64,000 nt of DNA from contig OX597816.1 of the NCBI GenBank assembly GCA_951406725.2, positions 131,316,001 through 131,380,000 of the forward strand, read 5' to 3'. A program made the position numbers and the translations under genes. Positions 22,401-35,200 of the stretch are shown one piece after another. The notes beneath the pieces were generated by a model. It was not told the DNA's origin. It worked only from the letters and a program-made list of their open reading frames with translations, and ran no database searches. Position 1 is the stretch's first letter. Each line of letters starts with the position of its first letter. Origin of the DNA: Octopus vulgaris. Lineage: Eukaryota.

Positions 22401-25400
22401 GGTCAATACAATGTGGTATTACATAAAAGAGTACGTAAAGAGAAAAATAAAATTGACAGTAAATTATTATAATGAATAATTACCCAAAAGAGGGATTCTT
22501 CTGAGAGCTACATCTGGAAACCATGCAAAACTTTGTCACTCTGACCACTAAGACAAGTGCCTTCTCCCTGTTGTCTTCATTCAGTCTAAAGGTGGCCATT
22601 CACTCAGATAGTATTCACCACTTTCATCTACCTTTTAACAAATTCACTGGAAGGTAGAACTTCCCTCTCTACTCTCATTTTCTTTTTAAAAACAATTGAA
22701 AAAGTTGATGAGAGCTTGGCCAAAGAAGGTGGTGGTGTCTGTCTTCAGCCTTTTCAATCTGGTCCACAATAGAACCGCTTTTTGCAAGAACCACCAGACA
22801 AATGAATACTGCCTGTCATTCCTGGCCAAATGAAAGTTGTGAGATGATCTCCACCAACTAACTCATTCAATGGCAAGATCCATCCTACATGTGACTGTAG
22901 GTGTTCAACATAACTCCACAAGTCAGCAGTGTTTGGGTACAGGATGAGTGCATACAGAACAGTTTCATTGCTGTACCTGCATCTCAGGCAGGTGCTACTG
23001 TGCTGTTTACCTTTAGTTGGCAGTGTTCTTCAGTAGCACTGTCAGACAAGGGATTTCTGGAAATTATCCATGGGCCCTGGCCTGAAAGTCCTCTGGAATG
23101 AACCATCTACTTGATCAGCTTGTCAGTCTCTTTGAAGATGATGTACAAGATCACTTTTATGGAAGAAAAACTTTTCTTTTTCAACCTTAGTACATGACTA
23201 GTACTTATTAACCACATGAGAATGAAAAGTAAAATTAATCACAGTAAGATTTGAATTCTACATGAAGGGGAGTTGGTAAATACCACAAAGCACTTTGCTG
23301 CTCTGTAGATTCTGCCATTTACCATCATAAGAATGGTAATTAAAATATGTTTCAAAGAAGTTTAAAGGAATGAATGATGATGTTGTTTAGCTCCATGTCA
23401 GTCCTGATTGAGCAGCTCTGTAATCAAAGTTATTTCAGGATTACATTATCTAATGTATTGGTCCTTTTTAAGATGGTTGAGTGTAATGCGAGATGCAATT
23501 TAAGTTTTGGCTAGGTAGAGTTACTATTTCAAAGTTCCTTTGTTGGTTCATTTGACTGAATGTAATATTAGTAAATTACTAACTCTATTCATAAAAAAAA
23601 AATTTTGTTTCTTTTGGAAATTATTTTTTACTGATATTTATTTCAGATGACCCAAAACTGCTGAAACTGTGTGAATATGTCATTGGAAATCAAAACTTTA
23701 CTCCTAGAAAAAATATACAATCTGGTAAGAACAATAAAAAAGTTCTTTCAATCAATTAAATTTCAGTGTATTCTAATAATTGTTTCTTTTTGTTCCTTTT
23801 ATTTGATGTCATGTTGGCATAAATTCAATAGCTTTCATTATATTATATTTTCCAAGGTAGCAAGCAAGCTTACAGAATTGTTTGTATGTCAGAGAAAGCG
23901 CTTAGTGGTATTTCTCATTACAATCAGATTTCAAAGTCAGCTGAGGTCGACTTTACCTTACATCTTTTTGGTAGGGTCAATACCAGACTTATTGCTGCCA
24001 GTCTAAGTGATTATTGCACCACCAGAAAATCACTGCTTCGTCATCATCATCATCATCATCATTTAGCATCCGCTTTCTATGCTAGCATGGGTTGGACGGG
24101 TCAACTGGAAACATAAGTGACTCATATGGGCCAAAAAACACCAACCCTGGACCATTGATCAATAGAAACGGGTCTTCTGGACTGATACGGATCCCAATGT
24201 AATTTATGTGAGGTGAAGAATTGAAGAACAGGTGACTCCTGAGTGTATAATTCCAACTGTAAAGCATGGTGGGGTGAATGTGATGATCTGGGGATGTTTT
24301 GCATGCAATAGTGCTAGAAAGGTAACAAGAATATTGAACCAAAACAGGTATCACTCTATCCCCCAGCATCATGCCAGTCTATCTGGGATGAGACTGATCA
24401 ATGATAATTTTGTGCTGATGCAAGATAACAATCCTAAACATACTTCTAAGCTATGCGAAAAAGGTGACTGTAATGGAATGGCCAGCCCAATCTCCCGATT
24501 GCAATGCCATGGAAATTGCGTGGGATGAATTGGATCAGAGAGACAGAAAGCAACAACCAAGTAGTGCAGAAACCCTCTGGACACTCTTACATGAAGAGTG
24601 GCAAAATATTACCAATGAATATTTGCTTTCATTGCTTGAAAGAATGCCCAGGGTAGGGATCAAATAGACCAAAGCACCAATCCTCATTTGTAATGTTTCA
24701 TATTTAGTAACTTCAATTCTTACAATGTCACTTGCTATTGCCTAACCTTATCTAATTTAATTGAAACATTTGCAATTTTTAACTTGTGTCAGGTCATCTC
24801 TTTCTCAATATATTCATGATTGAATTCCAGCTAATATCCAACATTTTACTCATGTGCAAACCTAATTTCTGTATTAATATATCTATTTCTGTATTCATTA
24901 GTAATCTGCGACAGCTAATCACACTGCTGCAACAATTCTCTTTCATAGGCTAATTTTGTACCAATATGGTAATAAGCAAAGAAAAATACAGTTTGAAATC
25001 TGTATATATATTATCAATGAATCTTTATTTCAAAAATATATGGCATAATTTTTCTGATGTTTTATTTTTCAGTGGCAATACGGTTAAATGCTGTTTTGAC
25101 TAGAGCAGATACTTTCAAGAAACTGGGAGAAGCTTTGGCAAAATGTATGAATTGTCGCTTAAAAATACAAATCAACAGACTAGACATTCGATCAATGCCA
25201 TACATTGTTATCAAACGTTTGCTGGAACTACTGAGTGGCAGAGAGGTAATTGAATTTTTATTTTTTAAAAGTACTGTATTTGATGGCATAAAAAAATACA
25301 CAGACATATTAAACACACACCCAATATCAGCAGCACATGTGCAGGATAAAGGTTTTTAGTAAATTAACCCTTCAAACTGGCCCAAATATTCAACCTGTTT

Positions 25401-26559
25401 TATGTTCAAACCAACCAGATCCAGCCTCTCAGACATATCTTTCAATGTCATTCTAAAAATAAACAATCACATCATCAAAATTTTGAAGCTGTGACTAATG
25501 CGTGACTAATTCAAAACAATGTGAATAAATAAGCATTATATTTGACAAAGTAATCTGAATGCTTAAGGGTTAAAGCTTTTGGGAGACTCAACTTCACATA
25601 TAGGACCTGGGGTGATTTTTTTAGAGACATTTATTTTTGGAAAAAAAAAATGGTGCATCTTATATACTATCAAATAGTCATTTTCTAAACTAGAATGAAA
25701 GAATAACACACTTCCTTCATTCCACTTTGAGGAAGTGATACTACTTCCTTAGCTTTGCAATCAAGTAGAAAGTGTTGGGTGCTGAATGTAATGATGAATC
25801 AACTCTATTTAAGAGCTAATTCATGGCTGGATAATGTTGAGCTTCATTTTTTTTTTCATACTAGATAGGACATGGACCAGGATAACAAAGCAAATGTATG
25901 TCAGAATAAAAGTAAACATATGGGCAATTCATCTGAGTTGTTAGAATTAGAACAGATAGAGGTCTGCCCACCCATGCGGTAAAGGTGGTGCACCTATATT
26001 TGATTAGACAAGCATAGGGGTACAATGTAGAAGCGACAGTGGTATAAGTGAATGTACAACAGAACTAACAATTGAAATGAACCCCGAATTCAGCTCAAGA
26101 ATTTAATTGTACTATAGGTGCAGGTGTGGATGTGTGGTTAAGAAGTTTGCTTCCCAACCACATTATCTCACATGTGTGGTACCTTGGGCAAGTGTCTTTC
26201 ACTACATTGAAGCTCATCATTTTCCACCCATGAATTAGCTCTTATTTGCTATATGGAATCTGAAAGAGGCCCATCATATATATAACTAGTGACTGAAATT
26301 TCTGGCAATTTCCTGTGCTTGAGAAGCCACATTGAGCTAAGTGAAATCACAGTTGTGGCCAGTGCCACGTGAAAGGTACCTTTGCCGATGACATGTAAAA
26401 GACACCCAGTATACTCAGTGGAGTGATTTATGTTAGGCAGGCCATCCAGTTGTAGAAACCAAGCCAAAACAGACTGGAGTCTGATGGTAAGCTCTCTGGC
26501 TTATCAGCTCCAGCCAAACTGTCTTACCCATGCTATCATGAAAAATGGATGCTAAATGA

Positions 26560-26598
<39 letters not shown>

Positions 26599-27877
26599 CG
26601 TGTGTGTGTGTATCTTTGTCTTGACATTACATGGTTGTTGTAAATGAATGTCACTGTCATTCTTTTCCAATATTCTACAAAAGCATGTCTGGCCAAAGAG
26701 GAAATATTACCCTACTAGGAAATAAATGAGAGCTGGTAACAGGAAGGGCCTCTGGCTATAGAAAATCTGCCTCAATAAGCACTGTGCAACCCAATCAAGC
26801 ATAGAAAAGTGGACATTAAAATGATGATAATACAAAGTACTCAACAACTTAAGTGAAATGTTAATTATTATTAATATCAGCCTGCCATTTCTGTTCACAA
26901 CCTATGTGATCATCAAAAGTTTATAGGTACTAAGCTATCCTTTTTAAAATGAAATATCAAGTAAAATATGTATGTACATGTATATAATCTCTTGTTTGAC
27001 TTCATGTTCAATGACATGAATGGAAATGGTGTCTTATGCAGAATTTGATGTTATGTGTCTTATTAATTATGATTAATATTGTTGTGTTCTGTTAAATTTC
27101 TTTCTTTTCAATTTACAGTATATTCATGAAATCACTCTGAGGTACAACCATTTGATGGTGCGTGGAGTAGTAGCCTTGTCACCTTTCCTTCGAATAATGA
27201 CAAGGTTGACCCATCTAGATCTGTCTTGCAACAACATACGCCTGCAGGATCATTTTAACTTTGGTACACAAATTCTAGGAGAACTTTTTGCACAGCTCAG
27301 CTGCTTGAAAGAACTGAATATGAGCAACAACTGGATAAAAGGAAACCTTCATTTACTACTTTCTAGAATATCACAGCCTCTTGAATCTCTCTGTATCTCT
27401 GGTTGTGGTATATCTATTGGAGATTTAAACTATCTGTCCAAATGTATTCACACCACTGGCCTAATTCATTTGGACTTGAGTGAAAACAATTTAAGTGACA
27501 AATTACAACCCATGTTAGAATTTTTAAGTGCAGCCCGCAAAAACTTAAAGCATTTTGAAGTACAAAATTCCAGGCTTTCAAGTCACCACATGGAAGATCT
27601 TGGAAGAATGGTTTGTCAAATGGAAAAACTCGAGTACCTAAATTTGTGTTCAACAGTAATTTGTGAGTCTGACATGTTTAAATTGTTACGAACAATCTGC
27701 AATGCTGCTAACTTAAAACACATATGTTTTACTAGTCATATTGAGATGGGTCTTAGTATAGACAGCACTGGTTTTATAGCAGGAGATATACCAAAACAAA
27801 TTCACACAATACTTCTACAGAACAGAAGAAATACAGGACTTAAAGTCTATTTTAAAATTACTCCTGATACTTACTAA
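16451..27877 (+). CDS. LRRC14: LRRC14/PRAME-family leucine-rich repeat protein (putative Cullin2-Elongin BC substrate receptor), 483 aa
   Basis: Coding exons 16451-16892, 23647-23724, 25073-25245 and 27119-27877, all GT-AG with phases 1,1,0, total 1452 nt. N-terminal BC-box [10 protein letters not shown] and Cul2-box-like [17 protein letters not shown], and C-terminal RI-like LRRs ([33 protein letters not shown]). Exact orthology (LRRC14, LRRC14B or PRAME-like) is not resolved. Confidence 0.8.
19814..20179 (-). CDS. RPL31: 60S ribosomal protein L31 (eL31), intronless and divergent, nested antisense in an LRRC14-like intron
   Basis: Intact 121-aa ORF with [29 protein letters not shown] and [15 protein letters not shown]. 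Confidence 0.95.
   Translation of the reverse strand: MAKQKFERKKSSMNDVITKECTIHLHKKVYGVKLKKKAPKAIKKIKLFAEKMMRTKDVRIDTKLNKHIWSKGIRHVPFRVRVKLSRRRNEDEDSPHKLYTLVSHVPCATFKGLQTMNVENE
20180..20255 (-). promoter_or_regulatory. RPL31 core promoter: TATA box, TCT initiator (5' TOP) and CTCF-like motif
   Basis: Minus strand TATAAATTAAGCCTCAAGCCTCGTTCCGGT-CTTTCTGACTAAAG-ATG. TATAAA lies 30 nt before the C of TCTTTCT (YCTYTYY). CTGCTAGGTGGCAGTA lies just upstream. Confidence 0.7.
20340..20530. mobile_element. Mariner-type MITE
   Basis: Inverted ends gtacataattaatgcggcttttttt / aaaaaagccgcaataattatgcaccaacc. The right end resembles Hsmar1/Made1-type TIRs (GGTTGGTGCA..AATTGCGG). Confidence 0.65.
24114..24665 (+). 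mobile_element. Tc1-like DDE transposase fragment (pseudogenised)
   Basis: [26 protein letters not shown] and [15 protein letters not shown] across frameshifts. Confidence 0.9.
25364..25572. mobile_element. piggyBac-like MITE (TTAA-CCC...GGG-TTAA)
   Basis: ttaacccttc..aatgcttaagggttaa. Same family at 47168-47394 and 63384-63610, with partial copies near 13250-13371, 14205-14550 and 15281-15405. Confidence 0.7.
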
Positions 27878-28739
27878 TTTGCATTTTGTATATCATTTCT
27901 AATTTTATAAAGCATTCATATATAAATGATATTTGAAATCAAAACATGCATCATCTATATTTTGCGAAATAAGAATTTCATTGTAGATATTTTCAAATGA
28001 TGCATTGATGTGGCTGTGTGGTAAGAGGTTTGCTTCTCAACCACAATTTCTAGTTCAGTCCCATCATGTGGTACTTTGGGCAAGTACCTTCTATTATAGT
28101 CCTGGACCGACCAAATCCTAGTGATTAGGTTTAGTTGGAAAAAAAAAAAACTGAAAGAAGTATGTCCTGTACATATATGTGTGTGTGTGAGTGTGTCCTG
28201 TTGTCTTCACATTGGATGATAGTTGTAAAATAGTTGTCCAGTGTCATTTACAATATTTTACAAGAAAATGTCTGACCAATGCAAACATGGAAAAGTGGAC
28301 ATTTAGGTGATAATGATGACATTTTCAAGCCAGAATTCTACTAATGAAAACAAATATTTACTTCTGTTGAGGGAAGTTGTGGAATGGGGAGACTCAGGAA
28401 GACATGGAACGAAGTACTGAAAGCTGATCTCAAAATGCTAAGCCTTATGAAATATGTAGTACATTGCTGTATTCAAGATCTGCCCACAATAACAGACTCA
28501 CAGACTTGATATTCTAAAACCAAGGTGCCATGTAAAAAGCAGCTGGTACACTCTGAAGTTGTTGGCATTGGGAAGGGCATCAAGCTGCAGAAACCAAACC
28601 AAAACAGACTATTGAACCTGATGCAGACCTTGGCCTTGCTAGTTCCTGTCCTGTCAAGCCGTCCCCACCATGCCAACATGGAAAACAGATGTTAAATGAT
28701 GATGTTTTCAGTTGATTAATATTTGAGTTTGTTTGTTGA

Positions 28740-28965
28740 GGGCGGTAAGCTGGCAGAATTGTTATCTTGCCAAGCAAAATGCTTAGTGACATTTTATCCA
28801 TCTTTACATTCTGAGTTCAAATTCCACCAACGTCAACTTGATTCTTTTCATCCTTTCGGGGTAGATAAAATAAGTATCAGTTGAGCATTGGAGTCAATGT
28901 AATCAACTCCCTCCTCCTCACCCCAAACTTGCTGACCCTGTGCTAAAATTTGAAATCAATATTTG
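28740..28965 (+). mobile_element. SINE, second family
   Basis: ggcggtaagctggcagaa..ctgagttcaaattcc..tttcatcctttcgggg..aataagtatcagttgagc. Related copies near 8340-8580, 40160-40360 (-) and 51130-51300. Confidence 0.65.
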
Positions 28966-29354
28966 AGATTGTTGCTGTTGTTACCAAAATGCTATGTCAT
29001 TATTGCTGAATGTGTAAGATGTCATTTGTGGTATTAGATATTTGGTTTGGATAGGAGTTAGCTAAGCTACAAATTGATGACATAAATATATGCAGCTAAA
29101 AATATTAGCAAAGAGATAATTGATTTTATAGGAAGAAAAAGGTTGTGGAAGTGATTTGAAAATACCCAATGTAGTACTGGATATTCGACATGGTTTCAAA
29201 TCAAATTACCATGTGAGGAAGTTGTAAATAATCATATTTCAATATGTCTATAAGAATGGAAGTTGATTCAAATATTTTCACAGTTGTGGTATTCTTAGGT
29301 AGGTTCATGATGAAAGAAAAAAAATTAGGTTTAATGCAGGCATGGTCTGTAGTA

Positions 29355-30665
29355 GGTGCAGGTATGGCTGTGTGGTTAAGAAGTTCACTTCCCAATCACA
29401 TGGTTTCAGGTTCAGTATCACAGCATGGCACCTTGGGTATCTCTTTCTTAACATATTCATGATTGAATTTCATCTGATATTACACACTTTGCTCATGTGC
29501 AAACCTAATTTCTATACTGATATATCTATGTAAATGTGCCAACCAAAGCCGTGAGAGTGGATTTCTTACATGGAAATTGGAAGAAATCTGTGTGTGTGTG
29601 TGAGAGAGTGAGTGAGTGAATGAGTCTCCTTGTCTTGACATCATGGGATAGTTATGAGTGTCACTGTCATATAAGTGAAGTTCCTCGTGAGGGTTGATGA
29701 TAGGAAGGGCATCTTGCCATAGAAAAATCTGCCTCAACAAATTCCTTCTGACCTATGCAAGCATGGAAAAGTGAACATTAGAACAATGATGCTGATAATA
29801 AAGACAAGAATGACCTCAGTAATGTATAAGTGCAATTGCTGAAATGTTATTAGGACCAATTATTTTGTTTGTAATAAAGACATATTTTACAGTTTACAAT
29901 TTTAAGTATGAAAAGGGTTTGAAAGAATTTTGTAAAATAGATTTAATATGTATGGAAAAAAAACGAAGATGGACATAATGGAGAAATGAATGTGTTAGCT
30001 TTTGTAGCAATGGTATTAATGAGCAAACTTTTTCTACTGAGAATTTAAAGATATGACAATTCACCAAAGTTCATGTAAATATATACTTTACAAGCAAATA
30101 ACAAGTGTTTTGTTAACTCAGCCTTATACTTTCAGCATCTCCTCTACTACTCTTAAGTTGTTGCTGCTTTCTTCATCATCATGTTTTTTAATGAATGACT
30201 ATGATGAACATTAGAGTTATAAATGAGCAGGAGTTTAATTTTGTTGAACAAATTATCTGAAATCTGTATGTGCAGAAGTAGGCTGCGTGGTTAAGAAGCT
30301 TGTTTTCCAATCATGTGGTATTAAGTTCAGTTCCATTACACAACACCTTGGGCAAGTGTATTCTACTATAGCTTCAAGCAGACGAAAACCTTGTGAATGG
30401 ATTTTATAGACGGAAGCTGAAAGAAGCCTGTTTTGTGCACGTGTGTGTGTGCTTCCTTGTCTAGACATCATGTGATGGTTGTAAATAAGCATCATAATAT
30501 ACAAGCAATATTTGTTTCCAATATTCTGTGAAAAACATGTCTAGCTATGGGAAAATATCTTGCTTGGAAACAGATGAGAGTTAGTGACATGAAGGGCCAT
30601 AAAATATTTGCCTCAACAAATTTCATCTGGCCCATGCAAGCATGGAAAAGTGGGCAATAAATGTT
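29355..30665 (+). mobile_element. Two tRNA-derived SINE copies (29355-29800, 30280-30665) between the convergent gene ends
   Basis: ggctgtgtggttaagaag..ggttcagt..ccttggg head and agcatggaaaagtg tail. Confidence 0.65.
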
Positions 30666-31225
30666 GATATGTATCCACAAAATCTGTTCACTTTGTATTA
30701 ACTGACCATTTCTGGAACTTAATTTATCTTCTTGGTATGCATCAATTGGTACTGAAGTTTTGAACATGGAGAGTTTGTACTTGCAAGAGATTCATGAAAG
30801 AAAATCATTGGTCACATAACCATATTTTCCAGTATACAAGCTGACGTTGTACATAGTGTAAATATTCAAACATTGTCACTATATTTCCAAATCCTGCTAC
30901 ATTTCACATAGAATTTTTGGTCCTCCAAAATCATCTTGGTGTATAAGTTAACCTACCATTTTTGGCTGCAAAATTTGGACTGAAAAATTTGACTTGCATC
31001 CCAGAAAATACAGTAATTTAAGTAGAAGCTTAATTGCTGGTTCTTTGATCAAGTGGTATAACAATTCAAGTGGTATAATAAACAGAGAGGCGAGAGTTCA
31101 ATATGGCAAAAAGTACAAAATGACTTTATTTTAAGTCCTAAAGCACTGAAATACTGAATTACAGTGATTGAATATTCTGAGATTACTAAATGATAATGAA
31201 TTCAGATGGTGGAGAAGTGACTGAA

Positions 31226-32187
31226 TTAAACTAAATATCTTGATCCACAAAGGGAATCTTCACAAAAAGTACAACTATGGGGTTCAGTTGTACATAGACC
31301 AGCTGCATCTGGTGGTGAAAAAGAAAAGAAAAAAGACAATTTTAGCTTAGAAATAACTGGACATTTTTTTTTTAAAGCTAGTTGATTTGTTGAAACATTA
31401 CAATTTACGAACCAAATATAGCAGGAATGTATAGCATATCATAACATTTTTTTGCTTAATGTTATTTACTTGTATACTAGAATAGACATGATGATTGGCT
31501 AAATTCACATTTGCAATAATTATTGGTGTAATTATTTTACAACCGATGTTTTTAAAATTTTAATTCTTTATTCTCTATTTTTGCAAAGTGAAGTAGCAGT
31601 GGCTATAGTTATCTTGTTAGTGTGTAGTGAGTTTATTCTGTGACCTTAGTAAACTTATTATGAAACAATTTGGTTCAAAATGTCAAACTAAAAAAAAAAA
31701 AAAAAAAAAAAAAAAAATGAGGACAAGACACACTGTATTAAATAATAAAATACATGTAACTTCTGAAATCTAAAAGCATAAAAATGACGAGAAAGACTGA
31801 AACTGAAAAAGTACTTAGAAGGATAAATATATACTTACCAGTAGTTACACTTATCGGCATAGCAACACTACTACAGAGAGAACATCTTCGGTAAGGAATC
31901 TCCTTACAGGGAAGTAAGGATTTACAGCATCGACCTGTAATAGTTGAACAAGATATTTTCAAAAAAACCAGAATAAACTGATTAACTTTAGTTTAGTGCT
32001 GCCTGCTTTTAGCAGTGATACTGAAATTTATGAGTGTGTGTATCTCTCTCTATATATATAAGAAAGTGGCAGGTTAAAAGAAGCACTGTCAGACTATTTA
32101 GAATCAAGAACTCAAAGTAAGTTTGAAAGTCAAAATTTTAATCCATAACTCTGACAGAATATATTTTGTCAGACTCACAATTATTGA

Positions 32188-32222
<35 letters not shown>

Positions 32223-35200
32223 GTGCAGGCTTAGTGGTTAAGGTGTTGCACTCATGATTACAAAATCGTGGGTTCAATTCCCAGACCAGGCATTGCTTTG
32301 TGTTCTTGAGCAAAACACTTCATTTCATCAACTGTCATGTGGTACATGGTGCACCTGTACAAATAATGTTGATTTGATGGAAGGAGTAAGCTTACGTATA
32401 CACAAACATGTGATCATTATAAACAAATCATGTGTGGTTATTTGACAAGAAATTGCTGAACCCTTATATATTGTCTAATGACAGGAAAGTCCATGATATA
32501 TATATATATATGCTGAGTTCAAAGGACTTCAACAGCCATTGCATTTTTTCCAGCCAGTTGGTGGGTTGGCTTTGTGAGTAAGCACCAGAAATATTTGGGC
32601 ATTTGCTTACAGACTTCCCAATCAGTCTGGGAAATATGTTGAACATACACATGTCAGTGTAATGTTCTGCCCACTTACACATGAATTCAGTCGATTGAAC
32701 AACTTCATTTTCAAATGAAATTTTCATTGAAGCTTCATTTCCAAATGAAGAGGTCCATCACCATCATTTGAAACTCTGTACATGATATAGAAATTAAAGA
32801 GAGAAAACTCTTACCAAATGTATGGTTTCCAGAACAAGCTACTGACATAACATCCACATCTTCAAGAAGTAAAATAGTTAAGGAGCAATTCAACATTTCA
32901 AAATGAAAGCCAAGTCCACATTTGACCTTAATACTGAACATCGTTTTCAACAAAATTTGTTTCAAATATTGATGTTGTTCAATTTCCATATGCTATTATA
33001 TTGTATATCAATAAATCCCACTAACTATTCAAGAATATCCATCAAAAGCCGATAGAGGTGGGGACCAGAGTCTTTTTAGGGTGTTCACCTTGCAAAGCCC
33101 TCAACCAATTTGGCTTCATAGAGAGGGCAAAGAAGAGGGTCAATTCTCAACCACTTGGGCTTCATAGAGGAGAAAACTACCAGATGTAATTTGGATAAAA
33201 AGTGCTGATATATGGACTGCTGCTGGGATGCAAGTGGAGAGATCTAATGAATCCTCAGTTGGGTTCACTGGGTGAAGATGTCTGATGTTGAAAGGCTCAA
33301 AACACCTGATGACCTCAGGATACAACACTGATAATGTGTCCCAGTTCATCCAAATGTAACTTGCACAATATTTGAAGACCACATTAAATAACAAGTTTGA
33401 CAGAATTTTTACCAATTTTTAAGCATATATAATAGGTAAAACTTTAAAATGTTCAAGTGGCCTAGTGGATAAAAAACATTATTAACCATAGTTTAGAAAT
33501 AAAGATTCTTAGTTCAAATCCAGTCTGATACTAAGTATACACCCAGAAAAAAGATGAAGTCAGTTGAACTGTAGATGTAAACATTAAAAAAAAAGTGCTC
33601 CCTAAAGATGAGGTTAACAAACTAATAAATTACAATCCTGTTAAAATATAACAAGTAATCCAAAAACACTATTTAAGCTAATGAGGGAGCCTCTAGATCA
33701 GAGGTCCTCAACTTGGGTAGTACCATCCCCAAAGAAAAGGGTATTAGGCTTTAGAGGGTGGTGACGTAACATATTTTACCTATTGTAGTAATTATATCAT
33801 AGAGGGTAAAACTAGTAATGGCTATTAAAATAAAATGAAGTTTCATAAGGCAGGGAAAGTCATTAACTTGTAATGTATAAAGTAAATTTATAACTTTTAT
33901 CTTTATCAATTTTTTTTATCATTTCACAGTTAAAAGCTTACATGATCCATTTTTAGGGAAAAATTTATAAATTATTATCATCAATGGAGAAAGTTACTTT
34001 AGTTATCATACCTCACTCGCCACTTATGTAGGTGCTAGGCATAACAACTACTTATGGTTTATTTACATTGCTGTAACTTAGTGGTTTAGCAAAAGATACC
34101 CAATAAACTAATTAGTCATCAGAGGCATAAACAAGACTGAAGGGAAGAGGCCAAATAAATTATCGGACACACTATAAAACGACACCGCTGACCAATAAAC
34201 TAGGTACTAGGCTTTAAAAAACACATTGCCTTGGGGTCGATTTGTTTAAATAGAACCATTTACCACAATACCCCAGCATGACTGTGGTCCAACGACTGAA
34301 ACTAGACAAAACATAAAATGATTTTACTTTATCTGTTAATTTAACAAGAAAAAAGGATATGTTCTCCACAAATTGGACAATCTTCTTCAAATATGATGAT
34401 TGAATGTTCTATGGAAGAGAGCATTTTTTTGACCGCTGCTGCAATAGAATCCCATCTGGAGAAGTGGTACATCCGGGCATTTAACCATTGGCAGATTGAT
34501 GAAATAATTCGTAATTCTGTATAAAAGATAAAAAGGCAATGGCTTTAAGTTAGCAAAAGTGCAAGTTTTAAAAGAATAAACAGAAATCAAAGGTGGAAGA
34601 TATTTAAAAAGAAAAAGATAGAGAAAAAAATCATAAAGGTATGTTCTTTATGTCCATGCCTACCCACCTCTGCACACAATCTATCCCCAGACAAACCTCT
34701 ACTCCATAACTCATCTTCCAACACCTCCACCTCTCCCAATTGGACTCATCACCCACTGTATTTCCCACCCCTTTATCTCTCACTCACCTGCACAAACCTA
34801 CTGGCACACATTTTGTCCTTATTGAATCTCTTCTCCCATAATATATCCTTCAAGCACACCCCTCCCTCTATCTACTAGCTGCATTTTCCTCCACCTTCCA
34901 TCTCCTACTCTCTGTTCACAATCTTGTGAACTCACCCACCCACCCACTTACCCTCACCAATCCCCAGTCCACTTTGCTATATACACCAACCTGTAACTAA
35001 GGTACGTCTCCCCAACACCACCATAACATTTCCATCGTCTTCTCCCTCACCCCCGAGACAGCCATGTTTCTTTTCTTCTGCAAGACATCTTTTTTCCGTC
35101 CCTTGCTACTACTCTTCCCACTCAGTTGCAGTGTCCTATTTTGCAAGTTATTCAGTGACTTCACAATTGCTGGTGTCATGTAAAAAGCACTCAGTACACT

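Noticed and set aside
30492-30767. Candidate last GTF3C4 exon (VPIDAYQEDK...)
   Set aside because: It runs into SINE sequence and lacks the terminal CxxC. Exon 31308-31226 (CTFC, stop, AATAAA) fits better.
32464-32989. Minus-strand ORFs first read as a degenerate reverse transcriptase
   Set aside because: No RT motifs hold up. The coding-like part is GTF3C4 exon 32868-32815, downstream of the AT-AC intron.
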